A DNA stretch of 64,000 bases from positions 3,720,001 through 3,784,000 of the forward strand of contig NC_042998.1 in NCBI RefSeq assembly GCF_006345805.1, read 5' to 3'. Both the position numbers and the translations under genes were made by a program. Shown here one piece after another: positions 52,666-64,000 of the stretch. Position 1 is the stretch's first letter. Every line of letters starts with the position of its first letter. The notes beneath the pieces are model-generated. The model had not been told where the DNA came from, made no database searches, and worked only from the letters and a program-made list of their open reading frames with translations. Source of the DNA: Octopus sinensis. Its lineage: Eukaryota.

Positions 52666-53064
52666 TCTTTATATATAAAAGTGAGGTTGTGTGCTGTCTG
52701 CCTCCTACGATTTAGATTCCTAACTACTCTCACATTTTGCGGTGCAGTTTAACCAAAACCGGGTATCTTATAGTTGTGATTCGTATCGAGCCCTTCTGGG
52801 TACTAGCGTGCGTCTACGATGAGTCTACGATTTAAAAAAAAATTTACCATCAATTTTTCTCATTTTTAATGCATTTTTTTGCTATTATATAAGGGAAGTA
52901 ACTCTCTAAAAATGTATTATTAAATCTCAGAACGTTAAAAGCTACAGTAACACCCCCCCTTTGGGGTTAGCCATATTGAGATGGCTATTATACTTTACAT
53001 CTCTAAAAATGCTTATATAGATATTTCCCTTACAAACCCGAGCAATGCCAGGCGATACTGCTAG
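52666..53064 (+). mobile_element. Non-autonomous Helitron, subfamily B (second copy)
   Basis: a|TCTTTATATAT...cccgagcaatgccaggcgatactgCTAG|t; reverse-complement match to 16448-16841. Confidence 0.82.
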
Positions 53065-53211
53065 TAAAGGATAAAATAAAGGCTTTGTGGATTCTAGTTT
53101 GGGGAGATCCCTTACATTAGCATTGGTTAGTTTTTCTTCAAAGGTAATTTTACTAGGCTTAGATAATGTTCAGATATTGGTGCCTAGTTTTAGGAGGGTC
53201 TGTAGTGTGTT

Positions 53212-53255
<44 letters not shown>

Positions 53256-53351
53256 TATATCTGTGTGTGTGTGTATGCATGTGTGTGTGTATGCATGTGT
53301 GTGTGTGTTTATGCATATATGTGTGTGTATATATATGTGTATATATATATA

Positions 53352-53394
<43 letters not shown>

Positions 53395-53790
53395 ATATAT
53401 AATATATATTGTGTGTGTATATATATATATATATATATGTGTATATAATATATATATATATATGTGTGTGTGTATATATATACATGTATATATATATACA
53501 TGTATATATATATAATATATATATATATATATGTGTATATATGTGTATATGTATTTATGTGTATATATGTGTATATGTATTTATATATGTCTATATATGT
53601 GTATATGTATGTGTATATATGTGTATATGTATGTATATATATGTGTATATGTATTTATATATGTGTATATATGTGTATATGTATGTATATATATGTGTAT
53701 ATATATGTGTATATATGTGTATATATATGTGTACATATATGTGTATATATATATGTGTGTGTATATATATATGTGTGTATGTATATATGC

Positions 53791-53825
<35 letters not shown>

Positions 53826-53831
<6 letters not shown>

Positions 53832-55823
53832 TCGACGGCTATTGCACTGCTTGAATCCAAAAAATATAACCTCCAACAATGCATGAAGACCCTCATCAAT
53901 AACCAAAGATCAGCTGAGGAGAAGTGGGCCATTGAAAAAATCAAACTCAACCCCAAAGTGTTCTTTTCATTTGCGAGGAAACGCAGGGTCACTGTCTCCA
54001 CTGTAGGCCCTCTAATTGACGAAACTGGCACTCTCCAAGATAATGCCAAATCCATGGCCGAGATACTGCAGAAACAATACTGCTCTGTTTTCAGCAATCC
54101 TGATATGGCCGATCTGGGCTGTATCAGTGATGTCAACCCCCAACACACTATATCGGACATAACGTTTAGTGCCCCTGATGTCTTAGCGGCAATAAACGAA
54201 ATAAAACACAATTCAGCAGTAGGCCCCGATAGGTTCCCTGCTTGTGTCCTGAAGGTGTGTCGACACCAACTTGCATCTCCCCTTGCTAATCTGTGGAGAA
54301 ACTCACTGGATGCTGGCTATATTCCAAAAAACCTTCTGTCCTAGTCTGTTGTCCCAGTTTTCAAAAAGGGAAACAAGTCCCTTGCAGTGAATTACCGTCT
54401 GATCTCACTCACCTCTCATATCATCAAGGTATTTGAGAGGGTGGTGAGATCTCGAATAACCCAATTTCTGGAAAGCAACAGACGGCTGATCTCCAACCAA
54501 CATGGGTTCTGTAATGGAAGGGACTGCCTAACGCAGCTCCTGCATCACTTTGAGGACATTTTGAGAGCTTTGGGAGAGGGCTCCAACACCGATGTCATCT
54601 ACCTTGATTTCAGTAAGGCCTTCGACAGGGTCGATCACAAGATCCTGTTGAAAAAACTATCCAACATTGGTGTCTCTGGAAAGTTACTGAAATGGATCAA
54701 GTGTTTCCTGACAAACAGATCTCAACATGTTGTAGTTGAAGGGGTAAAATCAAGCCCAGCCAAAGTCAGTAGTGGCGTTCCGCAAGGCACTGTGCTGGGC
54801 CCACTTCTTTTCATCATTTACATTAATGACATTAATGACATCATCAAGCACAGCAACATAAAATCTTTGCAGATGACTCCAAGCTACAGAAGGTCATAAA
54901 TGAGGCGAGTGACCGGACATGCCTTCAGTCAGATCTACTGGCTGTTATCAATGGGCAGAAAAAAACAATATGCTGCTGAACGAGGATAAATTTGAGCTAA
55001 TCCACTTTGGAAAAAGAGGATGCCCTGAAACTCCCATACTCCCTTCCTTCAGGGTGAAACTCTCGCGGCGTCCAACAACATCAGAGACTTGGGAGTAATT
55101 GTGGACAACAACATAAGCTGGGCCACTCATATAAACACAAAGTTGACATGGCCCGAGAATGTGTTCCTGGATTCTCAGAACTTTCCAGTCGAGAGATATC
55201 CACACCATTATCCTTCTCTTCTCCACTTTTGCCCGACCCCACCTTGAATACTGTTGTCCCTGTGGTCTCCCCACACAATACAAGGTATCATAAAAGTTGA
55301 AGCACCTCAAAGGGCAATCACAAAAAGATAGATGGCATGACAGGCCTCGACTATTGGGGTCGACTAGAAAAGCTAAAGCTTTATTCTCTCTAACGTCGTC
55401 GTGAGCGCTACATCATCTGCATGATGTGGAAAATATTCCATCAGCATTGCCCAAATGAGTTTGGCATCACCTTTAAGGTAATCCAAGGCTTGGTCCCCGT
55501 GCCATCCGCCCAAAACAAAAATCGCACTCTCATCTCATAACAACAATACGGCACAATATTTCACCTCAATTGGCCCCGCTCTCTTTAACATTACACCAAA
55601 ACACATTAAAACAGAAACTGACCCTATAGGGTTCAAGAAGTCTTTGGACAGATTCTTCAAGAAATCCCGGATAAAACCCCCTACACCCGGATATGTCTCT
55701 GTAAACAATAACTCTCTACTTGAGTGGGCCATAGTGCCCAAATTTCTGACTTGAAAGACTTCACCAGGTGGTGCTATTAAGTTAGACATGGCCTGGGCCA
55801 ATAATGGCCGAAACCTATCAAAG

Positions 55824-55824
<1 letters not shown>
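53826..55824 (+). mobile_element. Longer 5'-truncated copy of the same CR1-type LINE, disrupted
   Basis: [30 protein letters not shown] and SGVPQGTVLGPLLF RT motifs; in-frame TAG ending at 54344 and several 1-bp indels; 3' kb nearly identical to 28648-29682; TA runs on both sides. Confidence 0.93.
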
Positions 55825-55864
<40 letters not shown>

Positions 55865-55865
<1 letters not shown>

Positions 55866-56172
55866 GGAGGCACAAAGGCCTTGTGGTTAGGGCAGCGGAC
55901 TCGCGGTCGCAGGATTGCGGTTTCGATTCCCAGACCAGGCGTTGTGTGTGTTTATTGAGCGAAAACACTTAAAAAGCTCCACGAGGCTCTGGCAGGGGGT
56001 AGTGATCCCTGCTGTACTCTTTCACCACTCTTTCTCTCACTCTTTCTTCTGTTGGCTTGCTCGCTTAGCCAGCGGGTTGGCGTCATTCGAAGGCTAAAAA
56101 ACAATGCGAACACATTGTGACCAGCGATGTGTAACATCATCTGATGGTCTGGTCGGTCACGTGATCACGTGA
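55865..56172 (+). mobile_element. SINE family D, tail type 2 (ends ggtcacgtgatcacgtgata) in (TA)n
   Basis: Head and body match 22296-22470, then a different 3' half; reverse copy at 11406-11719. Confidence 0.8.
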
Positions 56173-59100
56173 TATATATATATATATACATATGGATGTA
56201 TGTAAAATAAGTATACAAATGTGTTAAAGGTTCACTATAACTATTTCAGGTGCATTTTTTATTAATCACACACCCACACACGCACCCACACACACGCACA
56301 TATGTATGAATGAGCAAACGGACACTGTTGAAATGTTGTCCATTCATGCTTCTACAATAAAGAAAATCGAAGTATATTTACATTTACCAACAAATGTGAT
56401 TTCTTGAATCTTACACGATAAAAAAACACATTACACGTACATTACATTTTGAAGTAGATAATTTCTTATTTTTTGTACAAAAAGAAAAGAAAAAATCAAC
56501 AGATAAGGATTAAATTATTGGTATATAATCTTTACTCTTTTACTTGTTTCAGTCATTTGACTGCGGCCATGCTGGAGTGCCGCCTTTAGTCGAGCAACTC
56601 GACCTCGGGACTTATTCTTTGTAAGCCCAGTACTTATTCTATCGGTCTCTTTTGCCAAACCGCTAAGTGACAGGAACGTAAACACACCAGCATCGGTTGT
56701 CAAGCAATGCTAGGGGGACAAACACAGACACACAAACACACACACATATATATATACATATATATGACAGGCTTCTTTCAGTTTCCGTCTACCAAATCCA
56801 CTCACAAGGCATTGGTCAGCCCGGGGCTATAGCAGAAGACACTTGCCCAAGGTGGCACGCAGTGGGACTGAACCTGGAACCATGTGGTTGGTTAGCAAGC
56901 TACTTACCACACAGCCACTCCTGCGCCTATGGTGCAGTATGTTGATAATTTCTGTAGATACTCTGAAAATGTTACTTGTTTTTAAATCTCAGTTTGAATT
57001 ATTTCATTTTCTTTGTGTCACTCATAATTTAAATCTCAATTTGAATCTGCCTTCAGGCATTTATACATTCTGTCTGTGTGTGTGTGTGTATTAGACATAT
57101 CTTGTGACTAGACACCTGGTTTCAAATGAATATTTATAGATTTATTCATAGAATTTCTAAAACTAGATAAATCTTGGTTCAATACATACTCAAATTCACT
57201 GAATTTAGTATCTATTCAAAACTTTTCATAATTTGACTTATTTATTTCTGACCTACCACTGTTAACATGTTGCTTACATCTTCTAGTCTATGCAAACAAG
57301 CTTTTCTGGAATTATATATTTCAACTTAAAATATCTTGCATATATTGTACAATTTACCTATCCACTGTAAATACGACCAACAGAGTCCAAATGAATTCTC
57401 ATTACACTTCATACCTTGCAGCTCTTTGCTTTTGCATAGTTGCAAAGACATACATGCATATATATATGTGTGTGTGTGTGTGTGTATATATACATACATT
57501 ACACACACACAAATATACACATACACACAAACCCAATTATATATGTTTTATGTATGTATATATATATTTATGTATATATATATATTTATGTATATATATA
57601 TATATTAATGTATATATATATATATATTTATATATATATGTATGTATATATATTTACGTATATGTATATATATATGTATGTATATATATATTTACGTATA
57701 TGTATATATATATTTATGTATATATATATTTATATATATATACATAATCATCATCATCATCAGATGCTAAACGATGATGATGATGATGATTTAAGTATAT
57801 ATATATATATATATATTTATGTATATATATATATATTTATGTCTATATACATATATATATATATATATAGTATATATGGATTTATGCGTGTATATACATA
57901 CATTTCTACTTATGTATGTATGTCTATATTTTCATCTCTATCTAACGTATCCATTACTTCTTAATCAGCGTCTAATGTTAATGGTAGTATTTTGTCTCTG
58001 AACTCAACTGACCCCTTCTATATCAGTGAATCAGTCCATTTTTCAGAAGCAGGAAAAGATGGACTATAATCCATTTGTGCATTTATTGACCTAATAATGA
58101 TGCAATTAGTTATCTTCAAACTTTTACCCCAGCCAAGCGCTTTTGTCTCTTTTCCTTTCATGCTGAGATTTTTCATTTAGATGTTTATGCTTGAGTTATA
58201 TTTTATTTCATCCCCCACCCCGTTCCCATTCTCTCTTTATCAGTATCACTCTGATTTTATCATAAACTTATTCCTCCTCTCTTCTCCATTTCTCTCTCCG
58301 CCTCTCTTTACTTTCCGTTATTTAGTAACTGAAGAGTTGCTGGCTGACCAAAACAGAATTGAGGTTATTTACCTAAATACAGTAACCTTTGATACATAAA
58401 TATCAATGTGGATGTTATTGGATTGGAGAGATATACTGAGTGCAAGGGACTGGATGGATATTTTGTCGTTGGATATCTGAAACCTATCAGTGCTGTTTGA
58501 GAAAATGTAAAGTGAGTGGTGTGTGAATAAAGGTGGAAGAGAGATAAGAGAAAGAGAAATCAAGGGAAAGTCGAAGATGTGTAGATATAGAAATAAAGGA
58601 AGAAATAAAGAATGAAAAGAGAAAGAGCAGAAATGAGAGAATGAAAGAGATAATGAGGGAAAGGAGAGAAAGAGGAGATGGTGATGAAAGAATTGGAGAG
58701 AAACTGGGAAAGAGAATGGAGAAAAGAAGACATAAAAGAGAGAGAGACAGAGTAAAAAGATATTTGAATGTTAAGGATAAAAGAAAACGATAGAAGATGA
58801 AAGAGTGATAGAAGATAGGGATGAGACAGACTGTGAGTTTGATGGGTTGTGAGAATATTTGATACACACACACATGTGTGTGTGTGTATACATACTTGGG
58901 TTTAGGTGTGTTATGGTTTGGGTGATTGTTTATGGTAGAAAGAAAAATAAAATGGTGAGCTGTGGTAATTAGATCCAGTCTGAGATAAACAAGGTCCTGA
59001 GATAGTAAAGCGACATTGACAATGAGAAGGAACCAGTGCTGTGGACATTTTTTTTTTTTCTTTTTCTTTAATCAAGACAATCATAAGATAAACAGATCTG

Positions 59101-59752
59101 AAACCAACGATGGTGATGATGATGATGATGTCCATGACAATCATCATGATGGTGGTGAGCATTGTGAGTATGATTATGATGACAGAGACGAGGACAATGA
59201 TGACAACGATGCTGATGATGGAGATGATGATAATGATGAAAATATCCATAATATAGAGATATAAGTTTTCAGTATAACAAATTCTTGTCTTTTGTTAGAA
59301 CTGTTTTATACACATCGGAATTGCTTTGAGAGAAGATGGGGGGAAAGCACAGAGCTTTCTGTTGTCACTTACCAATAAGAGTGAAGTTTCTGGGTGCAGG
59401 AGTGGCTGTGTGGTGAGTAGCTTGCTTACCAGCCACATGGTTCTGGGTTCAGTTCCACTGCATGGCACCTTGAGTAAGTGTCTTCTACTATAGCCTCGGG
59501 CCGACCAAAGCTTTGTGAGTGGATTTGGTAGACAGAAACTGAAAGAAGCCCATCGTATATATATATATATATATATCATCATCATCATCGTTTAACGTCC
59601 GTTCTCCATGCTAGCATGGGTTGGACGGTTCGACTGGGGATCTGGGAAGCCAGGAGGCTGCACCAGGCTCCAGTCTGATCTGGCAGTGTTTCTACAGGTG
59701 GATGCCCTTCCTAATGCCAACCACTCCGTTAGTGTAGTGGGTGCTTTTTACG

Positions 59753-59798
<46 letters not shown>

Positions 59799-60647
59799 AT
59801 GTATATGTTTGTGTTTGTCACCCCGACATCACTTGATAACCGATGCTGGTGTGTTTACGTTCCCGTAACTTAGCGGTTCGGCAAAAGAGACCAATAGAAT
59901 AAGTACTTGGCTGACAAAGAATAAGTCATGGGGTCGATTTGTTCGACTAAAGGTGGAGCTCCAGCATGGCCACAGTCAAATGACTGAAACAAATAATAGA
60001 ATAATAGAAGATAAGACATTGTCAGTGAAACATGTTGAGCAGTTTCAACTGTAAAGTCATTTTCTTTCAATGTAACTGGTATAAGTAAAGTATTGGCATG
60101 GCTGTGAGAAGTTAAGCAGTTTGCTTTGCAACCATTTAGTTTTGAATTCAATTCCACTGCATGGCGCTTTGGGCAAGTATCTTCTATGGCTACAGGTTGA
60201 CCAAAACCCTGTAGGATAGATCTCATAGATGGATTATTAAGAAAGAAGCCCACTACAAATATGTGTATGTATGTGTCTGTTTGTGTCCACTAGTCTTGAA
60301 CTCATCGTGGTTATTTGCCCTGCAAGAAATAACAGCCATATCTCCCTTACATTACACCACTACCATCCTGAAAGGATAGTGGCACATTGGATAACATAGT
60401 CTTAGCGTTGCAATTCATAGAAGTACCGATGATTGTGGCTGAAGTGACTTTGACCAGAATGCTATTAGAGCTGAACTGAAGTGAAGCATCATGACAGTAC
60501 ATGCCTTGCCTAGAAACATAAACTGAGATGACATTTTTTTTACTCCTATTTACATATTTAGTCATGACAGGTGAAACTACAGCTTTGAAAATTATTTGAG
60601 ACAGCTTAATGAGGTTTAATTTCAGCATATTATTATTATCATTATAA

Positions 60648-60678
<31 letters not shown>

Positions 60679-61139
60679 AATTATGTGGTGAGCTGGCAGA
60701 ATCGTTAGCTAGCCAGGTGAAATACTAAGTGGTATTTTATCTGTTGTTACATTCTGAGTTCAAATTCCGCTGAGGTCGACTACACCTTTTATTCTTTCAG
60801 GGTCGATAAATTAAGTACCAGTCAAGTACTGAGGTTGATGTCATCGACTTACCCACTTCCCACAAATTTCAGGCCTTGTGCCTATTGCAGAAAAGATTAT
60901 TATTATTATTAAGGTGGTGAACTGGCAGACTTGTTAGCATGCTGGACAAAATGCTTAGCGGCATTTTGCCTGTCACTATGTTCTGAGTTCAAATTCCTCT
61001 GAGGTCGATTTTGTCTTTCATCCTTTTGGGGTCGATAAATTAAGTACCACCAAAACACTGGGGTCAATGTAATCGACTATGCCCCTTCCCAAACTTTGAG
61101 GCCTTGTGCCTTTAGTAGAAAGGCTATTTATTATTATTA

Positions 61140-61440
61140 TCCAATATAACTTGTAACTACAATTTATATAAGGTAACTCTACGTCAAGGAGTGGAACGTA
61201 CAATTTTCTTTAAGTTAGACTCCCACATGCTCCCAGCAGACAAAATGGAAAAGGCATTGCCTCGGAGGATGGTGAGGGAGATGCACTGGTACAGCCACTC
61301 TGACTCACGGGGCTTGCAGTTGCAGATAACCATCTCCACCCTGATAGCTGTGAGCAGGGATAAGGTCTGGTGCGGCCAAGAACACCAGGGGTCTCCACTG
61401 CTATAGGCTCAACTATAAACCTGTCAGAGAGCATATATTC
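61140..61440 (-). mobile_element. CRE-like (RLE-encoding) LINE 3' fragment
   Basis: RFIVEPIAVETPGVLG and, after a frameshift, RESEWLYQCISLTILRGNAFSIL, resembling the CRE C-terminal QRISxxIxRGNA motif; ends in TAA repeats. Confidence 0.62.
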
Positions 61441-61561
61441 AGTCATGTAAAATGACTGACCATGTCTTTTATTTATGATTACTGAATTACATTTTTATAT
61501 GACGTGTCTTTGTATAATACATGTCCTTATTAATATTGTGTTGTACTAATCTTTATCACAG

Positions 61562-61688
61562 GTACTCAACGTTCTGTTGTAATATGCACTGAGATGGAAG
61601 CTGGTGCCGTGGATGAAATGTATTGCAATGCTTCAATGAAACCAGATGACAAGCAACGCAAATGCAATGAACATCTTTGTCCTGCAAT
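61562..61688 (+). CDS. ADAMTS7/12: ADAMTS exon: remainder of TSR (GTQRSVVICTEMEAGAVDEMYCNASMKPDDKQRKCNEHLCPA)
   Basis: Acceptor ctttatcacag, donor GTAAGT at 61689; 127 nt, phase 1 to 2; TSR cysteine spacing completes the previous exon. Confidence 0.94.
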
Positions 61689-64000
61689 GTAAGTTCTCTC
61701 TGTTTCTTTACTTTTAATTGAAGGGTTTAGCTGAGCAAATCAACTGCAGAACATTTTAAAAAAAAATCTGGTGCTTATTTTATTGGTCTCTTTTGCTGAA
61801 CACCTGTAAGTCACACCTGTTGTCAAGCTGGGAAGCAGGTGTGACAAACACAAAGACACACACACACACACACACATGATGGGCTTCCATATAATTTTCT
61901 GTTTACCATATTCACTCACAAGGCATTGGTCATCCTGGGTTATAGTAGAAGACACATGCCCAATGTGCTGCACAGTGGGACTGAACCTGAAACCATGTGG
62001 TTGCAAAAGCACCCACCCATGTCTGCACCTCTCTTTACTCTCTTTTACTTGTTTCAGTCCTTTGACTGCGGCCATGCTGGAGCACCGCCTTTAGTCGAGC
62101 AAATCCCCCCTGGGACTTATTCTTTTGTAAGCGTAGTACTTATTCTATAGGTCTCTTTTGCCGAACTGCTAAGTTGCGTGGACGTACACACACCAGCATC
62201 AGTTGTCAAGCGATGTTGGGGGACAAACACAGACACACAAACACAGACACACAAACACATATATATACATATATACATATACATATATACGACCGGCTTC
62301 TTTCAGTTTCCATCTACCAATTCCACTCACAACGCCTTGGTCAACCTGAGGCTATAGTAGAAGACACTTGCCCAAGATGCCATGCAATGGGACTGAACCT
62401 GGAACTATGTGATTGGCAAGCAAGCTACTTACCACACAGCCACTCCTGCACCTATTCATTTAAATTGTAGAATTTCTACTTTCCTTCCTCATCTTTGTTC
62501 CCTTCATCTTCATCTTTCATGCCATTGTCATTTTCTTAGCCTTCTCCTTGATCTCTTCCCATTCTTATCTTTATTCTTCGTTTCAATCAGTTTCCCATCC
62601 TCCAGACTCTTCAGCAACTGACCATGGGTTTTCTTTTATCAGTGAGGTATATTCCTAACTAGCATCTAGTTATTTGTTTGGAGTTAATACTATGGTTAAG
62701 AAGATGGATAAGGTATACCTGAAAGACTTAAGTTCACAACAAAATATCTCATCAACAAAGAGCTTTATCTCTGAACCAATTCTAGTATGTATGCATACAA
62801 ATGTGTGCATATGAGCATACATGTGTGTGTGTGTTGCCGTGTATAAGCAGACATGCATGAACGTGCATGTACAAATACTTGAATGTGGTTCTTCTGCTGG
62901 TTTACATCTTTGTCTTCATGCTAGCATAAATCTGATCTACAAATTAGGATATTTCTATACTGTTTGAGAGTTTTCTTTTACCGTTTAATGTTCTTCCTGC
63001 TATTAATCATTCTTTTGTAAAGTAAGGAGTCAAAGCTGTTGTAAGTTAGGTTGCCTGAGATAAGCAGATTTATCTGCCTTGATTAATGGGTACAAGTTAA
63101 TTGACTGTAAAAATAGTTTAGGAGCCTTGACTATATGTTCAATAGTCAATTGCTGCTAATGCTTTCTGTCTAAGCCAGTGAAGGCAAAATAGGAAACTTC
63201 AATAACTGTTTACAAAAGTAGTTTCCTGATGTTATTTAGCTCCAAATCAACATTGCTGAAACAAATCTGTGATCAAAAGCATTCTGGCCATAATCAACAT
63301 GATATTTTAGGAGTATCTTGTGCTATTTTATCAAATGTGTCCTTCTCCGTTTTAAGATGGCAGAATGAGATTTGCAGAAAATTTGGCTGCTATTTCTAAA
63401 ATGAAAAAGTCTCTAGACAAAGACTTGCATAAGCTCAAATACTTCTTTGTATATTTATCTCTTTACTCTTTACTCTTTTACTTGTTTCAGTCATTTGACT
63501 GTGGCCATGCTGGAGCACTGCCTTTAGTTGAGCAAATCGACCCCCAGGACTTATTCTTTGTAAGCCTAGTATTTATTCTATTGGTCTCTTTTGCTGAACC
63601 ACTAAGTTACGGGGCCGTAAACACACCACCATTGGTTGTCAAGCGATGTTGTGGGGACAAACACAGACACGCAAACATATACACACACACACATACTCAT
63701 ATATATACATATATATGACAGGCTTCTTTCAGTTTCCGTCTACCAAATCCACTCACAAGGCTTTGGTCGGCCTGAGCTATAGAACGAGACACTTGCCAAA
63801 GGTGCCGCGCAATGGGACTGAACCTGGAACCATGTGGTTGGTGAGCAAGCTACTTACTACACAGCCACTCCTATGCCTATCTAGTAATTTCAGATACAAA
63901 CAAGTTCAGTTTTCTTTTTTTTCTTTTTCTTTTAGAACAAATTGGTTCTTTGATTGAATTCCATCTTTGTGTTCTGAATTCAAATTCTGCTGTGGTCAAC

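Larger units (their letters stand above)
10142..61688 (+). other. ADAMTS7/12: Partial ADAMTS7/12-like gene (6 internal exons; Cys-rich domain, spacer, TSR), extending beyond both window ends
   Basis: All six exons have AG/GT boundaries and exit phases 1,0,1,0,1,2 that join into one 869-nt frame (PCPEGSRTFREEQC...[26 protein letters not shown]...IPAGARNI...YYLNGGWFIEWSGDYEIAGT...NPGVEFEY...WSHCTSSCGGG...KPDDKQRKCNEHLCPA). As recalled, these motifs are closest to vertebrate ADAMTS7/12. The catalytic domain is not in the window, so orthology is unconfirmed. Confidence 0.9.

Noticed and set aside
58480-59260. Hydrophobic and Asp-rich ORFs
   Set aside because: Derived from a GA-rich low-complexity tract and (GAT)n repeats.

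Overview
AT-rich, microsatellite-saturated eukaryotic DNA. The repeat families and (TA)n/(CA)n density suggest an octopus (coleoid cephalopod) genome; this is inference, not a database match. The only host gene I can support is the middle of a + strand ADAMTS7/12-like metalloprotease gene. It has six GT-AG exons (10142-10247, 14277-14404, 17084-17204, 40603-40856, 51012-51144, 61562-61688) with compatible phases, splicing into 289 codons: Cys-rich domain, spacer and a thrombospondin type-1 repeat. Start and stop lie outside the window. The introns hold tRNA-derived SINEs, LINE fragments (CR1, R4/Dong-like, CRE-like, RTE-like), non-autonomous Helitrons/HINEs, Tc1/mariner and hAT MITEs, and microsatellite-bounded duplications. 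Most notable: (i) hammerhead ribozyme motifs in small elements sitting in (TA)n tracts, namely one canonical type I hammerhead at 49758-49821 (-), an inverted pair at 27116-27222 and a minimal one at 39457-39491; (ii) a young CR1-type LINE whose three copies all sit in TA microsatellites; (iii) a 139-codon minus-strand frame with a TATA/CCAAT-like upstream region, visible only after removing a SINE (22058-23012). Nearly all long ORFs in the supplied track are microsatellite artefacts. No CRISPR, rRNA or true tRNA genes seen. Repeat boundaries were read by eye and may be off by a few to tens of bases.
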